Positions 7,834 to 17,743 are shown, counted from the first letter of the stretch. The stretch: DNA of 64,000 nucleotides from Thiofilum sp. (GCF_016711335.1 NZ_JADJTF010000001.1:2321401-2385400), one strand, 5' to 3'. Program-made: numbers and translations. Notes: generated by a model from the letters alone, not told the origin.

Positions 7834-9831
7834 TCAGTCCCCTAATAAAGCGCTTAAGCTTGCTACATAAGCACTCGCTGTAGCTTGTCTTTGTTCGGGG
7901 GTAATGACTTTCTTATCTTGCCATTCAATATGTTCAGTCGGTAATTCATCTAAAAATCGGCTGGGATCACAGGTTTCTGTTTCACCGTATTTAGTGCGCG
8001 TTTTGGCATAGCTAATGGTTAAATGCTGCTGGGCGCGGGTGATGCCTACATAGGCTAAACGCCGCTCCTCTTGAATACCTTGCGCATCTTGGCTATTCAA
8101 ATGCGGTAGCGTGTCATCTTCCATACCCACTAAAAACACTTGAGGAAATTCTAGCCCTTTTGCAGCGTGCAATGTCATTAAAGTCACTGCATCTTGCTCG
8201 GCTTCCTCACTATTGCGCTCTAATAAATCCACTAAGCTCATATGAGCGACCATTTCGCTAATCGACTCTTTACCCTCACCATCGGCATAGAGTTTGTCCA
8301 TCCATTGCACGACTTCATGCACATTTTCCATACGCTTTTCAGCAATTTTGGGTGAATTGCTGCTTTCATGTAACCAATCCTCATAACGCAACTCGCCCAT
8401 TAAACGCTTCACCATTTCAGGAGGGGGCGTATTATCCGCATCACGACGTAATTGATTTACCCAGCCAGTAAAATTATCTAAGCGTTCTGAGGTTTTATTT
8501 CCCACCCGATCCGCAAAACCCATTTCTTGAGCAGCGGTAAATAAACTTACATGGCGTTGATGCGCATACTCACCTAACTTTTCTAAAGTGCTCGTACCTA
8601 TTTCGCGGCGCGGGGTATTAATTACGCGCAAAAAGGCTGTGTCATCATCGGGATTACTCAGTAGGCGCAAATAGGCTAGGGTATCTTTTACTTCAGTACG
8701 CTCAAAAAATGAAGTACCACCCGTTAATTTATATGGGATTTGATTTTCTCGTAAATACTTTTCAAATAGCCTACTTTGATGATTGCTTCGATATAAAATA
8801 GCAAAGTGTTTAAACGGTATTCGATCTCTAAAACGACGCTTTAGCATTTCGCCTATGATCATTTGTGCTTCATGATCAGCAGTACGACAAGGCATAATTA
8901 AAATCGGCTCACCTTCACCCAAAGTACTCCAAAGCTGTTTTTCAAATAGGTGTGGATTATTGCTAATGAGTTTATTGGCACTTTCTAAAATACGCTTAGT
9001 GGAGCGATAGTTTTGTTCTAGTTTAATTACTTGTAGTGTTGGATAGTCGCGTTGTAATTGAATAATATTTTCTGGACGTGCTCCGCGCCATGCATAAATC
9101 GATTGATCATCATCCCCCACTGCCGTAAATGCACCGCGAATACCCGCTAATTGTTTAACTAATTGATATTGGCAGGCATTAGTATCTTGATATTCATCCA
9201 CTAATAAATAGCGCAGTCTATTTTGCCATTTTTGTAGTACTTCAGGATGTTTCTGAAATAAGCGCACTGGTAAAACGATTAAATCATCGAAATCAACGGC
9301 ATTATAGGCTTTAATTTGGCGCTGATAGTGCTCATAAAGTTTAGCGGCTAATAATTCATCTTCATTAATGGCTTGCTGTAAAGCTTGTTCTGGATTAATA
9401 AAATTATTTTTCCAGCGTGAGATAGCATGACGAATACGCTCTACATCACCCGCTTCAAATTTTTCGGCTAATTCGACTAATACGGATTGGCTATCCTGTG
9501 CATCTAAAATACTAAAACCATTTTTATAGCCTAGACGTTTTACTTCTGATTTAAAAATCGAAAGTCCTAAGGTATGAAAGGTGGAAATGGTTAAGCCTTT
9601 ACCTTCACCTGCGCGTAGTAATTTACCAGCGCGTTCTTGCATTTCGCGTGCAGCTTTATTAGTAAAGGTAATCGCGGCAATACTTTTAGGATCGTAATTA
9701 GCTTGGCGAATGAGCCATGCAATTTTTTCGGTAATAACCCGCGTTTTGCCACTACCAGCTCCGGCTAGTACCAGTAAAGGTGAGCCTAAATGCGTTACCG
9801 CTTCGCGTTGTTGAGGATTTAAGCCAGTCAT
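7834..9831 (-). CDS. rep: ATP-dependent DNA helicase Rep (UvrD/Rep family SF1)
   Basis: Start ATG at 9831 (MTGLNPQQREAVTHLGSPLLVLAGAGSGKT, Walker A). Also DEYQDTN, QNYRST and TLHAAKGLEF motifs. The 665-aa length fits Rep better than UvrD. Confidence 0.75.
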   Translation of the reverse strand: MTGLNPQQREAVTHLGSPLLVLAGAGSGKTRVITEKIAWLIRQANYDPKSIAAITFTNKAAREMQERAGKLLRAGEGKGLTISTFHTLGLSIFKSEVKRLGYKNGFSILDAQDSQSVLVELAEKFEAGDVERIRHAISRWKNNFINPEQALQQAINEDELLAAKLYEHYQRQIKAYNAVDFDDLIVLPVRLFQKHPEVLQKWQNRLRYLLVDEYQDTNACQYQLVKQLAGIRGAFTAVGDDDQSIYAWRGARPENIIQLQRDYPTLQVIKLEQNYRSTKRILESANKLISNNPHLFEKQLWSTLGEGEPILIMPCRTADHEAQMIIGEMLKRRFRDRIPFKHFAILYRSNHQSRLFEKYLRENQIPYKLTGGTSFFERTEVKDTLAYLRLLSNPDDDTAFLRVINTPRREIGTSTLEKLGEYAHQRHVSLFTAAQEMGFADRVGNKTSERLDNFTGWVNQLRRDADNTPPPEMVKRLMGELRYEDWLHESSNSPKIAEKRMENVHEVVQWMDKLYADGEGKESISEMVAHMSLVDLLERNSEEAEQDAVTLMTLHAAKGLEFPQVFLVGMEDDTLPHLNSQDAQGIQEERRLAYVGITRAQQHLTISYAKTRTKYGETETCDPSRFLDELPTEHIEWQDKKVITPEQRQATASAYVASLSALLGD

Positions 9832-9847
9832 GTAATTGTTACCTATT

Positions 9848-10786
9848 TTACCGATGTGTCCACAAACCCAATAGCCAGTTTTTACCACTTACTAATAAAA
9901 TACCCAACAGCACTAAGGCAGCACCCATAATAAAATTAATTTCCAGCGGTTCATGCAAAATCAATACACCCGCTAAGACGCCAAACAGCGGAGTCATAAA
10001 AGAAAATACTCCCAATTGTGCGGCAACATATTTTTTAAGTAAGGCGAACCAAGTTAAATAGCTAAAAAAGGACACAATTACTACTTGAAAAGCTAAGCTA
10101 CTGAGCGCTACCGGAGTAGGGTTGAAGTGCCATTGTCCCAATAGCCCCGCAGTGGCTAAGATCATGATAGCGCTGATAGTGAGCTGATATTGTAGCGTCT
10201 GTGTGGCGGGTGCTTGGGCGAGTGTCGAGCAGCGCACGGTGACGGTGGTCGCCGCCCAACTCAGTCCAGCCCCTAAAGCGAGTATATCCCCCCAGAGTTG
10301 TTGAGGTAGTTGAGTCACAGTGGGCGTGTTTTTACCCAAAAATGCTAGAGCTAGACCAATAAAAGCCAAACCAATGCCGGCCCATTGCAATAAATGTAAA
10401 CGCTCGCTCGGCAGAGTCCAATGCAAAGCAAAGGCGACGAAAATAGGGGCGGTGTATAAGAAAACGACGGTATGGGAGGCGGTGGTATAGCGTAATGCTT
10501 CACCCACTAAAACAAATTCTAACCCAAAAAATAACCCTGCTAATACGCCGCCTCGCCAAGTGTCAGCGGTAATAAAACGTTCGCGCCTAACATACATCAC
10601 TAAACCCACTAATACCGCAGCTAACAAGGAGCGCAAGCCAATTTGAAAAGTAGGAGTGAGATCGGGTGCAGCGAGTTTGAGACTAATTTGTTGCCCGCCC
10701 CAAATCATACAAAGGAGTAGCATGGTTGCCATAGCTTGAGCGTCTAGTGAGCGGCGTGTATTCATCATGGTTAAAGTTAATAGCAC
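9848..10786 (-). CDS. DMT-superfamily (EamA-like) transporter
   Basis: 312-aa ORF with about 10 predicted TM helices and two EamA-like halves. Confidence 0.7.
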   Translation of the reverse strand: MLLTLTMMNTRRSLDAQAMATMLLLCMIWGGQQISLKLAAPDLTPTFQIGLRSLLAAVLVGLVMYVRRERFITADTWRGGVLAGLFFGLEFVLVGEALRYTTASHTVVFLYTAPIFVAFALHWTLPSERLHLLQWAGIGLAFIGLALAFLGKNTPTVTQLPQQLWGDILALGAGLSWAATTVTVRCSTLAQAPATQTLQYQLTISAIMILATAGLLGQWHFNPTPVALSSLAFQVVIVSFFSYLTWFALLKKYVAAQLGVFSFMTPLFGVLAGVLILHEPLEINFIMGAALVLLGILLVSGKNWLLGLWTHR

Positions 10787-10972
10787 AGTGAGTAGGCGGC
10801 GGATTGTAAACTAGGCGGTAGATTTTTGCTGCTGCCATTGTGATTTATAAGGCTTAGGCACTAACTCAGCCTCGATTCAGCATTGGTTAGGCAGTAGCTC
10901 AATATGGTATTACTATTCAGCTCGTTGTAAGCAGCTTATTGGTTGCATAAATAAAATAATTAGAGGCTTGGC

Positions 10973-12226
10973 ATGAAAACTATTGCGTCATTGACATCAT
11001 TTAAACGGATTACTACGTTAGCACTGTGTTCGAGCATGGGGTGGGGATTGATCTCCGTAGTAGAGGCTAATGAGCGCTTGCAGGAAATTGCACCCCCTTG
11101 GATGCAGCCCCAAACCGTCGCCCCCCAAATGGTCAGCACTCCAGCACCTGCTACCGCGGCGATTAATAATGTGCTGAAAGCGGCACAACAAGGACATCCA
11201 CGCGCTCAATATGATCTGGCTTTGATGTATCAGACAGGGCAAGGGGTGAAAAGCGACTTAAAGCAATCTACTTACTGGCTTAATCAAGCGGCTCAAGGGG
11301 GTGAGCCTGAGGCTCAATATTTATTAAGCCAATATTATCACCAAGGTACACTGGGTCGTGCGGATATAAAACGTGCTTTGCATTGGGCAACAGAAGCGGC
11401 TAAACGGGGGCATGTGGAAGCACAATATTGGCTGGGTGTGACTTATGTCAATGGGGATGGGGTAAGAGCGGATGTAGATCAAGGGCGCTATTGGCTCAAA
11501 CAGGCAGCACAACGGGGCTTCAAAGAGGCTCAAGTCGCTTTGCAATCAGTTGTAGCACCAGAAGCTCAAGCAGTAGTTTATAAGCGCCCACCTTCTTCAG
11601 CCTCGCCTGTAGAGTTAGCTTTAAATAGCCCTAATATTGAACCCACTACTCCACCTGATTATCCACCCGCTGCGGCTCCTATGCCTGTACAGTTACCAGA
11701 ACCTGATATGGAGGCTATGTTGGCTGCACCTAATACACCCATTCCATCAGCGATTCAGCGTCAAGTACAAGATCAAGCTGAGGCTAGTGGCGGGGCGCGG
11801 ATTAATCTGAATGGTATGAACCCCAATGATATTTTAGAGCTAGCCAATTCAGGGGATCGTTATGCACAGTTTTTGATTGGCGCTTTATACGAGGAAGGTT
11901 CAGGCGGCTTTAGTCAAAGCTATCGTGAGGCGGCGCGTTGGTATCGCAGGGCAGCACGGCAAAACTACCCAAAGGCACAATATAATTTAGCACTGATGTA
12001 TGAGGATGGACGTGGTGTAGAGCAGGATTATAAACAAGCAGGGCAATGGTATGCTCAAGCCGCTAAAGGTGGCTTTACTAAGGCCAAGAATAATTTAGGT
12101 ATTTTATATGTGACGGGGCGAGGGGTGCGCAAAGATCGCAAAACAGCCGAGTATTTATTCAAACAAGCCGCCCAAGAGGGAGATACCGATGCGGCTTATA
12201 ACTTATCACGCTTGGTGAAGGGGTAG
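10973..12226 (+). CDS. Sel1-repeat (TPR-like) protein, secreted
   Basis: Signal peptide, then at least 7 Sel1 repeats (AQYDLALMYQTGQGVKSD...; AQYNLALMYEDGRGVEQDYKQAGQWYAQAA) separated by a Pro-rich linker. Confidence 0.8.
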   Translation: MKTIASLTSFKRITTLALCSSMGWGLISVVEANERLQEIAPPWMQPQTVAPQMVSTPAPATAAINNVLKAAQQGHPRAQYDLALMYQTGQGVKSDLKQSTYWLNQAAQGGEPEAQYLLSQYYHQGTLGRADIKRALHWATEAAKRGHVEAQYWLGVTYVNGDGVRADVDQGRYWLKQAAQRGFKEAQVALQSVVAPEAQAVVYKRPPSSASPVELALNSPNIEPTTPPDYPPAAAPMPVQLPEPDMEAMLAAPNTPIPSAIQRQVQDQAEASGGARINLNGMNPNDILELANSGDRYAQFLIGALYEEGSGGFSQSYREAARWYRRAARQNYPKAQYNLALMYEDGRGVEQDYKQAGQWYAQAAKGGFTKAKNNLGILYVTGRGVRKDRKTAEYLFKQAAQEGDTDAAYNLSRLVKG

Positions 12227-12260
12227 TGGTTCCTTCTTAAAATCACGAGGTTACTTGGTA

Positions 12261-12308
12261 GTTAAACCCTAATATGTTTGAACTAAGTGTAAGTGGTTAG
12301 GGTTTAAC
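12261..12308. terminator. Possible bidirectional hairpin between convergent genes
   Basis: gttaaaccctaa (12261-12272) and ttagggtttaac (12297-12308) form a 12-bp stem with a 24-nt loop, between the Sel1 gene (+) and the 12304 ORF (-). The loop is long for a canonical terminator. Confidence 0.3.
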
Positions 12309-13300
12309 TGTTTTGTAATAGTTGGGCTAAATCAGAGCGTTTAATTTGGTTTAATGCAGTCGATAATTCACTTAGTTGCTGACGACATTCTAACCATTCC
12401 CATACGCCCTGAGGTTCTAACCCGTGTTTGAATCGGCGGCGATCAGCAACGGGAATTTCAAAAAGATCGGCTAATTTTATCCAGTCATCTTGCAAGCGTT
12501 CACATAGCTGTATTTTGGCTAAACCACTGTAGTTGAGTGTTTGTTGTACAGGGGAGTTTACCCCGATTTGAACCTCAATAACGGTTCGAGTCTGAGCAGC
12601 AATGACTTCATCTTCTTGAAAAGCACTGACCAATAAAGTTTTCTTACCGCACTCAGAACAAGTGACTTGAAAATACTTGGGTTCTGTGTTCTCACCACGT
12701 TTCAAAAGAAATACATAAAAAGGTGGAGTAATTTTACAGTTATCACCCGATGCTTCTACTCGGTAGCGAATGATAGTTTCACTTTCGGGACGGTAAACGT
12801 GTCCCAGTGCAGATTGAGCTTTGGGTAAGTCTGCTAATAGAGTGACAGGTGAATTTGGCTGTTTAATTGAAACAGCTAGGTCAAATGCCTTATTAATAAA
12901 AACTTGTTCTGGACTAGAAACATCTAAACGTATTTTTTCTTCGGGAAAGTGATAGTTATTTTTTATAAATTTATTTGCTTTCTGTGATCCTTTGAACTTA
13001 TTAAATAGCCAAGAGATAGGGCTGATTGAGACTTGCATAATAGCAGAAATAATACTATGGGAAGGTGTGGTGGGATTTTGAATAGTAATAGCATCAAATT
13101 TTGTACCTTGATTTATAGAGATTTCCTCAGAGGAAGCAGCATTAGAACTAATGAGCTCCGTAGATTCCTTAATAAGATCAGCAGATTCCTTTAATGGGGG
13201 GTTTTCACTTCGAGCTTGAATGAGTGTTTTCTCAGTCTCAGCAATGATCGCCTCCAAACGCATTTTTTCCTCAACGCGAGTTTCTAAATCATAGCTTTTA
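12304..13300 (-). pseudogene. 3' portion (about 329 aa) of a TIR-domain gene split by an IS insertion: coiled coil, unknown middle domain, C-terminal helical EAD/death-like region
   Basis: The reading frame continues seamlessly from the TIR ORF at 14573..15202 once the IS and one copy of the target duplication are removed (...LRALYKS|YDLETRVEEKMRLEAIIAE...). The ORF-track start at 13311 is a GTG inside the IS inverted repeat. Confidence 0.7.
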
Positions 13301-14572
13301 TCTCTGTACACGACAAAACCACTAACTTATTGATTTAGCATGTTTGTCATGGAGATGGTGAAAGTCCACCGCTCCTATGTTTTACTCTCTAGTTACCACA
13401 CAGGAGAGCAAAATGGATCTGAGCGATGGACTACGTGACAGTTTAAAAGCCCACTTGAGTTGGGGCAAGCCCCGTTTGGATTGTTTTGTGGGAATGCTGC
13501 ATACTTTGCTGAGTGCGCGACAAATGAATTTGGCGTTGTTGGCGGTACACATAGATTCTGACACCGACATTGGTTCCCGCTATCGACGGATGCAACGCTT
13601 TTTTAGCCAAGTGTTCTTTAATTACAATGACATTGCCCATTTTCTTATGGGAATGTTCGCCTTTAGTGGTCAACAATACTACCTCACACTCGACAGAACC
13701 AACTGGAAATGGGGCAAATCCAACCTCAATCTCCTGACTTTGGCGGTTGTTTACCAAGGTGCGGCTATCCCCGTTTACTGGATGGTGTTGAACAAACGCG
13801 GTAATTCTAACCAACGTGAACGTATTGCCCTGCTGCAACGATTTATCAGCCAATTCGGGCGCAACAACATCTTGGGTGTGTTGGCTGACCGTGAGTTTAT
13901 TGGTGGTCAATGGTGGAAGTGGTTGTCTTCCAAAGAGATTCCCTACTTGATTCGTATCAAGGGTAATCAGTTGATGACCGACAAACACAAAAAAGAGGCG
14001 CATGTCCGCTCGCTGTTTGCCAACCTCAAGCCGGGTAAACGGCGCGTTCTCCGTCACCGTCGCGACGTTAGCGGGGAATGGGTTTGGCTCAGTGGCTCAA
14101 AGCTGCCCAGTGGTGAGTTGTTGATTATCGCCAGCAACCACTACACGGCTGATCCCATTGGCACTTATCGGCTACGTTGGGAAATTGAAAACCTGTTCCA
14201 ATGCTTGAAAGGGCGTGGTTTTCACATGGAAGCCACTCACTTCACCAAACCCCTCGCATCAAAAAGATGATGGCGTTGCTTGCCATTGGCTTCTGTTGGG
14301 CGCACAAAGTCGGCGAATGGAAGGAAAAAGCCGTCAAGCCTTTGAAGACGAAAAAACATGGACGCAAAGAGCAAAGTGTCTTCCGTTACGGCTTGGACTA
14401 CTTGACCGATTTATTGAATGGAAGGGTACGGGAAAAAGTGGATAGGCTTAGGCTGCTGCTTCTGTTCCTTTGTCCACCACAATTCATGGCGATCGAGGAT
14501 GGACGGATGAAACTCAGGCGATTTTCTTTTGAAAAAGATTCAATGAGTTAAGCGAATTGTCGTGTACAGAGA
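13301..14572 (+). mobile_element. IS4-family insertion sequence (1272 bp) with terminal inverted repeats and a 7-bp target-site duplication
   Basis: Perfect 16-bp terminal inverted repeats tctctgtacacgacaa (13301-13316; reverse complement of 14557-14572), extendable to about 26 bp with mismatches. Flanking direct repeat gctttta at 13294-13300 and 14573-14579. Internal transposase has the Y(2)R(3)E(6)K motif. Confidence 0.85.
13377..14551 (+). CDS. IS4-family DDE transposase (split into two frames by a 1-nt indel at the C4 run 14250-14253)
   Basis: ORFs 13377..14270 and 14201..14551 are consecutive parts of one transposase: LADREF (DDE Asp region) and YRLRWEIENLFQCLK (IS4 Y-2-R-3-E-6-K signature). 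Adding one C in cccc restores ...THFTKPPRIKKMMALLAIGFCWAH... Confidence 0.8.
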
Positions 14573-15202
14573 GCTTTTATATAGAGCACGTAGTTTTTCT
14601 TCGAGCCGTGCTCGGCGCTCAGCATTGATGCTAGTCAGTGCACTAGAGCTATTAGGTGCTGGCGGTGGTGAAGTGTTGTTTTGATTAAGAGTGCTGCTAG
14701 AAGTATTGCCTAAAGGTGGGAGTACTTTTTTCGAGCCTAATGGTGGTGGTATATAAGCAGGTTGTTTAGTCAAATAGCGGTATAAATTATCGTAATCATC
14801 GGGTAGGCGGTAACAGTTATAGGCTTTCAAAGGCAACGGAACATGATCTAGGTTGCCCTCATGTGGAATCACCGGAATAAATTTATCGTTACTCTGAAAC
14901 GCATCATATAAAGTTTGTGAAATCACCACACCTTCAAAACTTACACCTCGACCCTTTTCTAAGTCCTGCCCACGATAGCGCTGCAAATAAATCGGGGTAC
15001 ACATCAGCAAAACAAAATCAGCCGTTTCAATCTGCTGCTCCATCCATTTAATCCAACCTTCACGGGGTGAGCCATTAAGGTATTGATCAATTAAAGCCTC
15101 AATGCCATCCGTGCGTAACTGATCCGCAATAGAGCGCACAAAATCACGGTGAGCTGGTGAGTCATGGCTGTAACTAATGAATACTTTGGGGCTAACAGTC
15201 AT
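14573..15202 (-). pseudogene. 5' portion of the IS-split gene: TIR domain plus Pro/Ser-rich linker
   Basis: KVFISYSHDSPAHRDFVRSIADQL is the bacterial TIR hallmark FISYSHD, followed by a linker PPPLGSKKVLPPLGNTSSSTLNQNNTSPPPAPNSSS. The current ORF ends with 10 IS-encoded codons (SLYTTIRLTH*). Confidence 0.75.
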
Positions 15203-15370
15203 AAACAGTACCTAGTTAGGGGATGCTAGCTAATTATACATAACTTTAAACCAATAGTGCCTTATATAATCCCTAAAAGAGTCAATAGAGTAGGTTTAGG
15301 TAACTGTTAGAATGGCATTGTATAATCTAAGACAAACACTATTTTGACGAGTTGCTTAGGAGCCTATCCC

Positions 15371-16090
15371 ATGAAAGCCGTTGCTTCACTGCGCTATGGA
15401 GTGATTTTCAAAAAAGCCTTTTCTCGACCGGAGATTTTCAAAGCCTTTGTCAAAGATATTCTAGGGATCGAGCTACAAATCGATCAGGTAGAAACAGAAA
15501 AATCCTTTGAGCGTCCTATCGGCTCTGTTGATAGCCGTTTTGATCTATTTGCCGAGGATGAAGATATGCTCCAAATCGAATTCGACCCTAAAAATCGTCA
15601 TGGCAAAGGAGTCGGCGAAATTCCACATAAAATCCTCTATTTATGCCCCAAGTATGTCAACGACGAAACGCCTGAAGCATGGCGCGAATGGCTTTTAGCG
15701 ATTAATGATAGCCTTGATGGGGAGGTCAACGAAGCTGATTACCAAAATGCTTGCGTGCAACGTGTCTTACAACTTATTGAAAAAGACCATATCACCCCTG
15801 CTGAATATGCGCGTATGAAAGATGAATACAGCGAGGAACAATTACGCATCAAAGAATGGGAAGAAGCGATAGAGAAAAGCAAAGCTGAAGGTATGCAGCT
15901 TGGAGTGGAAAAGGGTAAGAGTGAGGAAAAATATGAGGTAGCACGACGTATGTTAGCTAAAGGTTTGGATGTTAGTTTAGTCGCAGAGCTAACGGGTTTG
16001 GAGTTGAGTTTGTGCAGGCATTGGTGTAATGAAAAAGTACCCTCTGATTATTTACAATCAGAGAGCATTTTGTCTTTAATGCGGTTTTAG
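15371..16090 (+). CDS. Rpn-family recombination-promoting nuclease / putative transposase (PD-(D/E)XK, YhgA-like)
   Basis: N-terminal LRYGVIFKKAFSRPEIFKAFVKDILGIEL (Rpn/Transposase_31 signature). The RFDLFAEDEDMLQIEFDPK region matches the PD-(D/E)XK pattern. C-terminal EKGKSEEKYEVARRMLAKGLDVSLVAELTGL is the typical Rpn tail. Confidence 0.6.
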   Translation: MKAVASLRYGVIFKKAFSRPEIFKAFVKDILGIELQIDQVETEKSFERPIGSVDSRFDLFAEDEDMLQIEFDPKNRHGKGVGEIPHKILYLCPKYVNDETPEAWREWLLAINDSLDGEVNEADYQNACVQRVLQLIEKDHITPAEYARMKDEYSEEQLRIKEWEEAIEKSKAEGMQLGVEKGKSEEKYEVARRMLAKGLDVSLVAELTGLELSLCRHWCNEKVPSDYLQSESILSLMRF

Positions 16091-16098
16091 GTGGTGTG

Positions 16099-16287
16099 CT
16101 AACGCGCCTCAGTCTTGGTCACGCCGCAGCGCTTACATTTATATAAGGTAATGAGTCTACCCAAGCGTACATCAAATTGTTTTTCTTGCACCAGTTCCCA
16201 TTTGTGAAACTTGCTTTTGCACAGCATTAGCCCTTCACCTTGATCAGCGTCGACACTTTTGCGACGAAACGGAAGTACTTCACCCAT
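16099..16287 (-). CDS. Small hypothetical protein (62 aa), overlaps the bolA stop by 8 nt
   Basis: ORF only. Contains KCKRCG. Co-oriented and overlapping with BolA, which suggests co-transcription. Confidence 0.3.
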   Translation of the reverse strand: MGEVLPFRRKSVDADQGEGLMLCKSKFHKWELVQEKQFDVRLGRLITLYKCKRCGVTKTEAR

Positions 16288-16594
16288 GTTGAGAGCCTCC
16301 CATACATAAAGGCGAATCGGCTACCTTGCCCGCACGAGCAAAATACTCCTCCGGTGTTAAAGTGTGCAACGCTAAAGCGTGGATTTGGGGCAATTCATCC
16401 CTTAAAGCTTGATTGACAAGTCGGTGTCGAGCTACTAATTTCTTGTCTGCAAATTGCTCACTCACGATAGTCACTTTAAAATGCGACTCCGAGCCTTGCG
16501 GGACATTGTGCATATGGCTTTCATTGTCCACCTGCAAAAAGTCAGGAACAAAGGTCGCTTGTAAAGTTGACTCGATCTGAGCTTGGATGCGCAT
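16280..16594 (-). CDS. bolA: BolA-family transcriptional regulator
   Basis: HFKVTIVSEQFADKKLVARHRLVNQALRDELPQIHALALHTLTPEE matches the BolA signature (HF...V.S..F.G...V.RH..V...L......IHAL.....TP.E). Confidence 0.8.
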   Translation of the reverse strand: MRIQAQIESTLQATFVPDFLQVDNESHMHNVPQGSESHFKVTIVSEQFADKKLVARHRLVNQALRDELPQIHALALHTLTPEEYFARAGKVADSPLCMGGSQHG

Positions 16595-16771
16595 AATTAA
16601 CCTCTGAAAACTTGCATATCAATCAATAGTGCGTATATTCCATCATACACATTTAAATGGCTTTTGAGCATGTTTCAATCTACGTCCATCAGGGCGAATT
16701 TGGAAGAGGTTAAAGCTCTCCCCAGCCAGTATATCCCCCTAAAGTGACGGGGTTCAACCAGAGAATTTCTG

Positions 16772-17743
16772 ATGAATCAAAAACAAAATTTTGACAATTT
16801 GGCCCATTATCTCAGCAGTAAAATCATCGGTCAGAGCCAACTCATCAATCGTTTGCTCATTGCCCTCTTAGCCGATGGGCACTTATTAGTAGAGGGTGCA
16901 CCTGGGCTGGCTAAAACACGAGCCATTCAAATACTGGGTCAGGGCATAGAGGGGGATTTTCACCGTGTGCAATTTACTCCCGATCTATTACCCGCTGACA
17001 TCACGGGAACTGAAGTATTTTATCCCAGTGATAGCAGCTTTAAATTTCAAAAAGGTCCACTTTTTCATAATCTGATTCTGGCGGATGAGATCAACCGTGC
17101 GCCTGCTAAGGTACAGTCTGCCCTTTTAGAGGCGATGGCGGAGCGGCAGATTACGGTAGCCGGTACTACATGGAAGCTACCTGAACCTTTTTTAGTCATG
17201 GCCACTCAAAATCCAATTGAGCAAGAGGGTACTTACCAATTACCTGAGGCGCAATTAGACCGCTTTTTAATGCATGTATTGGTCGATTACCCAAACGTGG
17301 ATGAGGAGTACCAAATACTGCAATTGGCTCGCCAAGAAGCGCTCCAGCAAGTACGTCATGACACTAAAGTAAAGCAAGTACTGGTGACACAAGCGGATAT
17401 ATTTGCAGCACGGCAACAAGTATTGAGCCTCTATATGGCACAAAATGTAGAGCAATATATCGTGCAATTAGTCATGGCAACCCGTAAACCCGGACCTTAT
17501 GGTGGATTGCTTAAGGGTAGTATTGCCTTTGGAGCGAGTCCGCGTGCAACTCTAGCCTTAGATCGTTGTTCGCGTGCCTATGCGTGGCTCAAAGGACGTG
17601 ATTTTGTCAGTCCTGAAGACGTTCAAGCAATCGCTCACGATGTGTTGCGTCATCGTATTATTATGACTTTTGAAGCTGAAGCCGACGGTATGACACGCCA
17701 AGGCTTAGTTACTGAATTACTCAATGTGGTGGCAGTACCCTAA
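16772..17743 (+). CDS. MoxR-family AAA+ ATPase
   Basis: Walker A GAPGLAKT, Walker B LILADEINRA, sensor ATQNPIEQEGTYQLPEAQLDRF. First gene of a Bat-like operon. Confidence 0.85.
   Translation: MNQKQNFDNLAHYLSSKIIGQSQLINRLLIALLADGHLLVEGAPGLAKTRAIQILGQGIEGDFHRVQFTPDLLPADITGTEVFYPSDSSFKFQKGPLFHNLILADEINRAPAKVQSALLEAMAERQITVAGTTWKLPEPFLVMATQNPIEQEGTYQLPEAQLDRFLMHVLVDYPNVDEEYQILQLARQEALQQVRHDTKVKQVLVTQADIFAARQQVLSLYMAQNVEQYIVQLVMATRKPGPYGGLLKGSIAFGASPRATLALDRCSRAYAWLKGRDFVSPEDVQAIAHDVLRHRIIMTFEAEADGMTRQGLVTELLNVVAVP

Noticed and set aside
13382-14057. Antisense ORFs (62 aa and 204 aa) inside the IS4 transposase, and similar antisense ORFs inside the Sel1 gene (11018..11545), rep (9780..10061) and Wzc (35818..38271)
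   Set aside because: They are fully contained within well-supported genes on the other strand, with no independent support.
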